DNA from: an uncultured bacterium
GTDB taxonomy: Bacteria > GCA-001730085
Length of the DNA: 32,000 nucleotides
Direction of reading: 5' to 3'
Assembly: GCA_964565945.1 (NCBI GenBank)
Contig: CAZMGY010000005.1
Coordinates: forward strand, 1-32,000
Shown: piece by piece, positions 25,237 to 32,000 of the stretch
Layout: the number at the start of each line of letters is the position of its first letter
How positions within the stretch are numbered: position 1 is the first letter of the stretch
The notes under the pieces: generated by a model
Database searches by the model: none
What the model was told of the DNA's origin: nothing
Seen by the model: the letters and a program-made list of their open reading frames with translations, nothing else
Program-made: the position numbers and the translations under genes

Positions 25237-25709
25237 GAGTTGGTTTAGGTTTTGATATTCATCGTACCGATCCTGATCGGGTTCTTATCTTAGGGGGCGT
25301 TCAGGTGGAAGCCCCTTTTGGATTAGCTGGGTATTCAGATGCCGATGTTGTAACGCATGCCGTCATTGATGCTTTGTTGGGAGCGATGGGAATGGGCGAT
25401 ATTGGTGATCGTTTTCCAAATACCGATATGTGTCATAAGGATCGTTCGAGTCTGAACATGCTTGATGAAGTGATGGAAACGTTGCAAAAGCAAGGATATG
25501 TAGTGGTGAATGTGGATTGTAATATTATTGCTCAAAAGCCCAAATTAGCTACGTATAAGCCACTTATTGAGGCTTCTTTAGCTAAAGTTTTAAAGATCAA
25601 TGAAAAATCTATTAACGTGAAAGCCAAAACACATGAGACAATAGGACCCTTGGGTGCGTGTGAAGCGATTGAAGCCCAAGCAATTGCTTTGATTCAGAAG
25701 GAGATGTAG
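25233..25709 (+). CDS. ispF: 2-C-methyl-D-erythritol 2,4-cyclodiphosphate synthase
   Basis: GLGFDIHR and GYSDADVVTHAVIDALLGA motifs, with typical length of 158 aa. ATGA overlap with radA. No fused or adjacent ispD. Confidence 0.95.
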   Translation: MRVGLGFDIHRTDPDRVLILGGVQVEAPFGLAGYSDADVVTHAVIDALLGAMGMGDIGDRFPNTDMCHKDRSSLNMLDEVMETLQKQGYVVVNVDCNIIAQKPKLATYKPLIEASLAKVLKINEKSINVKAKTHETIGPLGACEAIEAQAIALIQKEM

Positions 25710-25711
25710 CA

Positions 25712-27169
25712 ATGACAGACGTTAGGGTTCGTTTTGCCCCCAGTCCCACAGGTTTTATGCATATGGGAAATGCACGAACCGCCTTATTCAATTGGTTGTT
25801 TGCTCGTAAAAACAATGGAAAATTTATCTTACGTATCGAGGATACTGATTTAGAGCGTTCGACGGATGAATCCACCGAAATGATTATTAGAGATTTAACC
25901 TGGCTGAACCTTAAATGGGATGAAGGTTTCGACAAAGGAGGGGAATATGGTCCTTATCGCCAGACTGATCGTGCTCATATTTATCAAAAACATTTAGAGC
26001 GTTTGAAAAATAAAGGAGTTATCTACCCGTGTTATTGCACTCTGGATGAATTGGATCAGATGCGTCAAGAGCAATTGGCGCAGGGCAAAATGCCTCGCTA
26101 CGATAATCGTCATCGCGATTTGAGTGATTCACAGAAAATTTTTTTTGAAGATGAAGGACGTAGTTTTGTATGGCGCTTTGTTGTGCCAGATGAGCCGATT
26201 GTGGTTCACGACATGATACGTGGAGATATTACCTTCGACCCTAAAACGATCGGTGATATGGTGTTAACCAAGTCCACAGGGGATGTGACATTTAACTTCG
26301 CTGTATCTGTGGATGATGCGTGTATGAAAATTTCTCATGTGATACGCGGTGAAGATCACCTGACTAATACGGCGCGTCATGTGCTCTTATTTGATGCCTT
26401 GGGCTATGAACGGCCCAATTTTGCCCATATGCCGATGATTTTGGGGGAAGATGGGCTCAAGTTGAGCAAACGTAATGGACTTATTTCTTTGGATGATTAC
26501 CGTCGGCAAGGGTTTTTGCCCGAGGCGATGGTGAACTATATGTCGTTTTTAGGATGGTCGCCTTATAAAGATCAGGATACCGAAATTTTTTCTTTGGGAG
26601 AATTGGTTGATTGTTTCGATCTTAAAAATATCACTAAATCGCCAGCGACATTTAACCTAACTAAACTTAAATGGGTGAATTCGTACTATCTAAGACATTT
26701 GGATTTAGTCCGTTTAGCCACCATGAGTTTGCCTGTTCTTCGAGAGGCGCGGCTGGTGGAAGAAGATATGAGTGAAGAGGCGTTTGCTTATGTGAAAGAA
26801 GTGGTCGATGCGGTTAAGGGAAATTTGGACTGTTTGGATGATTTGCCCCGTCTTTCGCACATTTATTTTAAAGATGATTTGACCTTCGACGAAGACAATG
26901 TGGCCACTGTTTTGCAAAAGCGTTCAAGCAAAGATGTATTGCTTCATTTTCGTGAAAATATTCAGGGGCAAAGTGATCTATCCGATGAAGTGATAAAGCA
27001 AGCACTCAAGGCCGTTCAGAAAGAGACGGGAGTTAAAGGTAAAGACCTTTATTTACCGATTCGTCTTGCCTTAAGTGCTCAAAATGATGGTGTAGAGTTG
27101 TACAAAATGATTCGATTATTGGGTTTAGATCGTTGCTTAGAGCGTCTAAATCGAGCCATTTTGGTGTGA
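25712..27169 (+). CDS. gltX: Glutamate--tRNA ligase
   Basis: RFAPSPTGFMHMGNARTALFNW (HIGH-type motif) and KLSKRNG (KMSKS-type motif). The gene starts 2 nt after the ispF stop. Confidence 0.95.
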   Translation: MTDVRVRFAPSPTGFMHMGNARTALFNWLFARKNNGKFILRIEDTDLERSTDESTEMIIRDLTWLNLKWDEGFDKGGEYGPYRQTDRAHIYQKHLERLKNKGVIYPCYCTLDELDQMRQEQLAQGKMPRYDNRHRDLSDSQKIFFEDEGRSFVWRFVVPDEPIVVHDMIRGDITFDPKTIGDMVLTKSTGDVTFNFAVSVDDACMKISHVIRGEDHLTNTARHVLLFDALGYERPNFAHMPMILGEDGLKLSKRNGLISLDDYRRQGFLPEAMVNYMSFLGWSPYKDQDTEIFSLGELVDCFDLKNITKSPATFNLTKLKWVNSYYLRHLDLVRLATMSLPVLREARLVEEDMSEEAFAYVKEVVDAVKGNLDCLDDLPRLSHIYFKDDLTFDEDNVATVLQKRSSKDVLLHFRENIQGQSDLSDEVIKQALKAVQKETGVKGKDLYLPIRLALSAQNDGVELYKMIRLLGLDRCLERLNRAILV

Positions 27170-27222
27170 TATTGGAACATATTGGAGAAATAAGAGCGGA
27201 TTTTTTAAAAATCTTTGCTTAT

Positions 27223-27252
27223 TTGACAGTGTTTTCTTCAATATGCTATGCT
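27223..27252 (+). promoter_or_regulatory. Possible sigma70-type promoter for the small PilZ gene
   Basis: TTGACA (27223-27228), 18 nt spacer, TATGCT (27247-27252). Confidence 0.3.
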
Positions 27253-27313
27253 TCCAACGCAGTATAGGCGTGTCTAAGCGAGGCCCTTTCGGGTAACAAT
27301 AAGGATGAGACCT

Positions 27314-27676
27314 ATGAAAGAAAAAAGAGAGTATCCTCGAGTTCGTGGTGATTTGGAATGGTTATTTGTGGTTCAGATTACAGCTGAACACAGTTCTGTG
27401 ATTACGGAGACAAAAGATATTAGTTGTTCTGGAATCAAATGTTGTGTTGATGATTTTTTTCCCGAAAATAAAGAAGTCGAGATTGTGTTGCTTTTGCCTC
27501 TGACAGAAAAAGGACTCATTTTCGAAAAGGTTAAATGCCAGGCTAAAACCATTCGTTGCGTGGGTGTCCGTAAAGAAAACAAAAACGCTTACGCAACAGC
27601 TTTTAGTTTTATTGATCTTAAAGACGCGGATCGAAAAAAAATTGATCAGTATGTTATGCATGCTCAAGAAATCTAA
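27314..27676 (+). CDS. Stand-alone PilZ domain protein (c-di-GMP receptor family)
   Basis: REYPR (RxxxR) and DISCSG (DxSxxG, 27416-27433). I prefer the ATG at 27314 because AAGGA (27301-27305) is spaced 8 nt upstream of it. The track start at 27305 overlaps that AAGGA directly. Confidence 0.85.
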   Translation: MKEKREYPRVRGDLEWLFVVQITAEHSSVITETKDISCSGIKCCVDDFFPENKEVEIVLLLPLTEKGLIFEKVKCQAKTIRCVGVRKENKNAYATAFSFIDLKDADRKKIDQYVMHAQEI

Positions 27677-28103
27677 AAGCCAGCAAAATCCGTGGTATCA
27701 TAAAGGCCTTCATTTTGATTGTCATCGCTGTGGTTATTGTTGCACCTTTCCTGGTGGCTATGTATGGCTTTCTCTAGAAGAAATTCAAATTTTGGCCGAT
27801 CACTTGGCTCTATCGCTTGAAAAGTTTGGTCAAAAATATTTACGTTTGTTTCGTGGACGCTATAGCTTAGTTGAAAAATCTAATGAACATTGTATCTTTT
27901 ATGAGGATGGTGGGTGTTCGGTGTATCATTTGCGTCCAGCACAGTGCCAAACTTTTCCGTTTTGGCCCGAAAACTTAGACAGTCCCGAATCTTGGAAGGC
28001 CTTGGGAAAAACCTGTCAGGGTGTGGATCAAGATAAACTACGATCTTGCGAAGAGATTAGCGAAACCTTAAATCGTCAAATAGAGAGCGAACAAAACCTC
28101 TAG
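27651..28103 (+). CDS. YkgJ-family (UPF0153, CxxCxxCC) cysteine-cluster protein
   Basis: CHRCGYCC motif plus downstream Cys residues (CIFYEDGGCSVY, CQTFPFWP). The true start is probably the ATG at 27651 or 27660 (MLKKSKSQQNPWYHKG). The track start at 27564 would overlap the PilZ gene by 113 nt. Confidence 0.8.
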   Translation: MLCMLKKSKSQQNPWYHKGLHFDCHRCGYCCTFPGGYVWLSLEEIQILADHLALSLEKFGQKYLRLFRGRYSLVEKSNEHCIFYEDGGCSVYHLRPAQCQTFPFWPENLDSPESWKALGKTCQGVDQDKLRSCEEISETLNRQIESEQNL

Positions 28104-28110
28104 AGTGGCT

Positions 28111-28698
28111 TTAGGAGGATATGAAAGGGGTTTGTTTGAGTGCTTCGAGTGCGGAAAGATTTTTGAAGGCCCGTTGGATATCGGCATCTTGAGGAGCTAG
28201 TGCTTTTAATTTGTTCAGCGTTGTTTTGGCTTCTTGCAGTTGCCCTTGTTTGATATAAATTTCACCAATTTGCTTAAGGGCTTTAATATTGACTGGGTCG
28301 ATGAGTAGAATTTCTTGCAAGTAAGTGAGAATTTCTTTGGGTTTATTCTGACGGTTTAACAGAGCAATGAGTTGCCAGTAATAACCTGTTTGTAAGGGGA
28401 AATGCTGAATTAGGTGGGTGTAAATTGACTGAGATTTGCGATTGTCCTCAATGAGAAATACAAAAAGCCCGTAGGTCTTAAGATGGAAGGTGAAGATATG
28501 TTTTAAGCTATAAGCTATCAGCGATGTTTTTTTAAGTTGAGCATTTTTGATGCGACAAACATGCTGGTAGTGACGAATGCGACCATCTTGAGGGTGCGAG
28601 TGTGTTAGCCCATCAAGCAGGTTTTGTGCATAAGCATACTCGTGATTTTCGAAGAGCTTAAGAGCCTTACTTAAGGTGTCGGAATGATGATTGTTCAT
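28111..28698 (-). CDS. TPR-repeat protein (195 aa)
   Basis: Several 34-aa TPR-like helical pairs, e.g. ALKQIGEIYIKQGQLQEAKTTLNKLKALAPQDADIQRAF. Convergent with the ykgJ-like gene and divergent from the glnE-like gene. Confidence 0.75.
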   Translation of the reverse strand: MNNHHSDTLSKALKLFENHEYAYAQNLLDGLTHSHPQDGRIRHYQHVCRIKNAQLKKTSLIAYSLKHIFTFHLKTYGLFVFLIEDNRKSQSIYTHLIQHFPLQTGYYWQLIALLNRQNKPKEILTYLQEILLIDPVNIKALKQIGEIYIKQGQLQEAKTTLNKLKALAPQDADIQRAFKNLSALEALKQTPFISS

Positions 28699-28832
28699 GG
28701 AAGCATCCTAGCAAGACTTGAATTTAAGAGTCAATGTCTTTTTCAATATCCCTTATGGTTATGTGTCGTGCAGGTCATTCGCGGGAAAGAGCTGGAAAGG
28801 TTATAATGGAAGTTTAAGGAGAAACTAAAGCG

Positions 28833-31800
28833 ATGCATAAAGATGTTGTGTGCGAACAGTTAAAAGTATCGGCCAGTCAGCAAGACCGAGCCCTATCTCT
28901 GATCGAGAAGCATTGCGAACGTATGCCACAAACGTATTTTAATCAATTTTCTTTGCCCGATATTCGATTACATTTGGATCTTGTTCAAAAATTGCTGGAT
29001 GGAGATTTACTTGAATATCAATGGTCGAAGATGGCAGAAGTCAAATGTTTCGAATTAATTTTAGTGGCCTATGACTATTCTTGGCTGATGGTGGCGTTAA
29101 CGGGGTATTTGGCTTTGTATGGATTTGATATTCGCACAGGACATGTGTTTACCTATCGTGAAGCTGCTCCATCAGACGAACAATCCTACTATGAACAACG
29201 TAAAAAAGTTGTCGATGTTCTCGAAGTGGTTTATGAAGGCTCCAGTGACGATGTGGCAAAGGCGCAAAAAGCTTTCGAGGACGACCTGAAAGCTTTTTTT
29301 TATGAGGTTGACGCGCATAAACTTAATGAATTTCGTTTAAGGCTAATGAGACAAGTGGGGGAGTTTTTGGAGAAACAAGAGGTCCGAAAGCAGCCGTTAT
29401 TCCCGATAGATATTGACGTTGATATTGATTCTGGTGCAATCATGCTAGCGATTAAAGGCAAGGATACACCATTTTTCTTATTCACGTTGTCGTTAGCTTT
29501 AAGCACGCAAAATATTGAAATTGTCGAAATTGCGATCAACACGCAAAATGATCATGTCGAAGATATCTTGACGGTCCATGACCGAAGTGGTCGTTTGTCC
29601 AAGGATGTGAATTATCTGAATTGCTTTAAAGTGGTAGTAGCTTTAGTGAAGCATTTTACCTATTTGTTGCCCCTGGCAACCGATTATCACAAAGCTTTTC
29701 ATCACTTTGAATTATTTATCGATAAGTTGCTTAAATCAGATGAGTCGATGGATGATGTGATGCAATGGCATCAATCGGATGCCTTGGGATCGTTTGCTGC
29801 TATTTTTGGGTCGGGGTCTCATATGTGGGAACAGTTTTTAAAAATCCAACACAAGACCTTTGGGCCCTTTTTTCGCACCGAATCATGGGCTGTGCGCAGT
29901 GATTCTTTTGAAGAGGATTATCATGAACTTTCTGAACGCTTGAAGGATTGCAAAGATACCGATACGTATGTGGATCAGGTGAATCAATTCAAAGATTCGC
30001 AGTTGTTTCAGTTAGATATGTGCCATTTGGTGTATCCGCACTATTCTTTTCGAGATTTTGGGTCCGACCTGAGTCGCCTGGCACAGAATGTGTTAATCTT
30101 AATGGCGCAGCGATTGTATCAGGATATATGTCAGGCTGAGGGCATGCCGCAGTTTGAAGGGCATGAGTGTGGGTATGCGTTGATGCGTTTAGGCAAGTGG
30201 GGTGGAGATGAGTTGGGCTATGCCTCCGACTTAGAGATGATTATGATTTATGAGGGTTATGGTTGGACAGATTCTAAGAGCCAGGTATCGAATCAAGAAT
30301 TTTTTAATCTTTTGATGCAAAAAATCAAAGAGTCTGTGCACGTTAAGGCGCAAGGTATTTTTGAACTCGATTTGCGTTTGCGACCCGATGGCCAAAAAGG
30401 TCCCCTGTCGACGAGTTTTAAGCGTTGGAATGAATATTACCAAAAAGGACAGGCTCATGCTTATGAGGTTCAGTCCTTGGTTAAAATGGATCACATTTAT
30501 GGATTACGAGAATTGATTGAACAAATCTTGCAAAGTCGTGATGATATTGTTTATGCCGACGAAAACATTCCTTTGCAAGATTTACTGGATTTGCGCATGC
30601 AACAGAAAGACGAGTTGGTCAAACCTGGGCACATTAATGCCAAGTTTTCATTGGGGGGTTTGGTCGATATTGAATATGCTGTTCAAATGTTGCAGATGAA
30701 GCATGGGGCGAAGCACCCCTCAGTGAGAACGCCTCGAACACTTAAAGCTATGGGGCGTCTGTTGGAGGAAGGTTTGTTGAAGCCGTCCGATTATGAGCAC
30801 ATTTCCAATGCCTATTCTTTTTTTCGCCGTTTGATTAATGCTTTGCGCATGGTGCGGGGACATGCCAAAGATTTGCTTGCACCTGCTCTTGACAGTGATG
30901 AGTTTCTGTTTTTGGCGCGTCGGATGAAGTATAAAGATCAAGGTCAAAATACAATGAAAGACCAGCTACAGCAAGATATTACGGACTATATGAATCAGGT
31001 TCAGCGATTTTTTAATCGTAGTTTTGTTGATGATGAGGATGTGAGTCTCAATGAAATTACGGTTTCGGACTTGGTGGTCCGTTGCGAAATTAACGAAGAA
31101 GATGTTCATAAAGTGCTCGAACCTTATGGGTTTAGTCGTGTGATCGATGTGTACAAATCGATGCGGAGAACCTATCAGTTGGTTGAGCATCGGAATCACT
31201 TTATCGCTTTATTGCTAATGGTGTTGCGTCAGCTCGAAGGTTCACCCGATCCCGATCGTGTGATATTTAATTTTGAACACTTATTTTCTAAGTCGTCTGT
31301 AGATTTGTTTCGCGAGTGTTTTTATGATCCCAAAGTTTTGGACTTGATTATTGCTGTTTTTGGGCATAGTGAGTTTTTATCGCAGATATTGATTCAAGAT
31401 CCTTTGGCTATGGATGAAGTATTTCAAATGGAATCTCGCAGTGCTTTTCAAAATCGTCAAGAACTGGAAGCTGAATGGGAGGCTGTTTTGCGTGAACATG
31501 CCGATATTCATGCCTTTTTTGATACTTTGCGACAGTTTCGTAATCGAGTGATTCTGCGGATTGGCATGAGAGACTTTTTTGCACGTGCTGAATTTATACG
31601 GGTGATTCAAGAAGTCTCGGAATTAGCCGACATGATTATTGATTTGGCGTTTAAACGTATTTTATTAGAGCATAATGTGAGCCATTTGTATGACGCGCAG
31701 GTGATTATCGCTTTAGGGAAAATGGGTGGTAAAGAGCTTAACTATAGTTCGGATATTGATTTACTTTTTGCTATTCATGATGATGTGAGCGAAGATGATC

Positions 31801-32000
31801 GCCAAACCTTACTTAAAGTGAGTCAAGAGCTTATCACACATATAATGGCTAGTAGCCCTTATTTTCAGTTGTATCGGATCGATATGCGATTAAGACCTCA
31901 TGGAATCTCGGGGTCTTTGGTGGTCAAAAAAAGTGTCTATCAAAAATACTGCAAAAAAGAGGCTCATGGCTGGGAGTTGCAAGCGTGGGTAAAGGCGCGC
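28833..32000 (+). CDS. glnE: GlnE-family nucleotidyltransferase (glutamine synthetase adenylyltransferase-like) with an ACT-containing N-terminal extension; 3' end outside the window
   Basis: Not in the ORF track because no stop occurs before the window end. I translated the ATG-28833 frame by hand through 32000 (1056 codons) and saw no stop; AAGGAG lies 11 nt upstream. Two GlnE-type nucleotidyltransferase cores are present. The first is GKWGGDELGYASDLEMIMIY ... LDLRLRPDGQKGPL (about 30190-30410). The second is GKMGGKELNYSSDIDLLFAI ... YRIDMRLRPHGISGSL ... WELQAWVKAR (about 31710-32000). An ACT-like segment AIMLAIKGKDTPFFLFTLSLALSTQNIEIVEIAINTQNDHVEDILTV lies at about 29430-29600. Confidence 0.8.
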   Translation, partial: MHKDVVCEQLKVSASQQDRALSLIEKHCERMPQTYFNQFSLPDIRLHLDLVQKLLDGDLLEYQWSKMAEVKCFELILVAYDYSWLMVALTGYLALYGFDIRTGHVFTYREAAPSDEQSYYEQRKKVVDVLEVVYEGSSDDVAKAQKAFEDDLKAFFYEVDAHKLNEFRLRLMRQVGEFLEKQEVRKQPLFPIDIDVDIDSGAIMLAIKGKDTPFFLFTLSLALSTQNIEIVEIAINTQNDHVEDILTVHDRSGRLSKDVNYLNCFKVVVALVKHFTYLLPLATDYHKAFHHFELFIDKLLKSDESMDDVMQWHQSDALGSFAAIFGSGSHMWEQFLKIQHKTFGPFFRTESWAVRSDSFEEDYHELSERLKDCKDTDTYVDQVNQFKDSQLFQLDMCHLVYPHYSFRDFGSDLSRLAQNVLILMAQRLYQDICQAEGMPQFEGHECGYALMRLGKWGGDELGYASDLEMIMIYEGYGWTDSKSQVSNQEFFNLLMQKIKESVHVKAQGIFELDLRLRPDGQKGPLSTSFKRWNEYYQKGQAHAYEVQSLVKMDHIYGLRELIEQILQSRDDIVYADENIPLQDLLDLRMQQKDELVKPGHINAKFSLGGLVDIEYAVQMLQMKHGAKHPSVRTPRTLKAMGRLLEEGLLKPSDYEHISNAYSFFRRLINALRMVRGHAKDLLAPALDSDEFLFLARRMKYKDQGQNTMKDQLQQDITDYMNQVQRFFNRSFVDDEDVSLNEITVSDLVVRCEINEEDVHKVLEPYGFSRVIDVYKSMRRTYQLVEHRNHFIALLLMVLRQLEGSPDPDRVIFNFEHLFSKSSVDLFRECFYDPKVLDLIIAVFGHSEFLSQILIQDPLAMDEVFQMESRSAFQNRQELEAEWEAVLREHADIHAFFDTLRQFRNRVILRIGMRDFFARAEFIRVIQEVSELADMIIDLAFKRILLEHNVSHLYDAQVIIALGKMGGKELNYSSDIDLLFAIHDDVSEDDRQTLLKVSQELITHIMASSPYFQLYRIDMRLRPHGISGSLVVKKSVYQKYCKKEAHGWELQAWVKAR

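Noticed and set aside
27564-27650. Upstream start for the YkgJ-like gene, overlapping the PilZ gene by 113 nt.
   Set aside because: The extra N-terminal residues (MSVKKTKTLTQQLLVLLILKTRIEKKLIS) are an out-of-frame read of the PilZ C-terminus. Family members normally start shortly before the CxxCxxCC motif.
29300-31610. Short ORFs on both strands (29300-29542, 29948-30139, 30231-30494, 30517-30699, 30720-30947, 30966-31199, 31377-31610). These are the only track entries in this region.
   Set aside because: All lie inside the continuous GlnE-family reading frame that begins at 28833. The track omitted that frame for lack of a stop codon in the window. None has any motif support.

Overview
AT-rich (about 40% GC by eye, not computed) chromosomal segment from a diderm bacterium, judged from the Mla lipid-transport genes and Sec-type signal peptides. 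I cannot name the taxon from sequence alone.

Housekeeping genes (13.7-32 kb): a tRNA cluster of Pro, an Arg 5'-half fragment, Arg and His; tRNA-Ser on the minus strand; def-fmt-rsmB; a type I-beta DAHP synthase; and a tightly coupled mlaF-mlaD-radA-ispF-gltX string. These are followed by a small PilZ protein overlapping a YkgJ-type Cys-cluster protein, a TPR protein, and a GlnE-family gene (28833 to the window end). The ORF track lacks the GlnE-family gene because it has no stop in the window.

Decayed mobile DNA (14.2-15.7 kb): between tRNA-His and tRNA-Ser lies about 1.5 kb holding a truncated vsr, the C-terminal fragment of an IS1380-like transposase, and an A9G14 homopolymer.

Accessory region (left 13 kb): this is the most unusual part.
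- An orphan 565-aa ORF.
- A PilZ / transmembrane helix / coiled coil / GH144-like (beta-1,2-glucanase-like) fusion.
- Two secreted proteins (2294 aa and 755 aa), transcribed divergently from that fusion. Together they contain about 34 copies of a ~45-aa TPR-like unit, including a near-identical 246-bp in-frame tandem duplication.

I propose, as inference only, that this is a c-di-GMP-gated envelope glycan-remodelling or scaffold module.

Other items worth a second look are a secreted 732-aa protein with a kinase-like motif series and the ACT-extended GlnE-like protein. I saw no CRISPR array, rRNA or intact mobile element.
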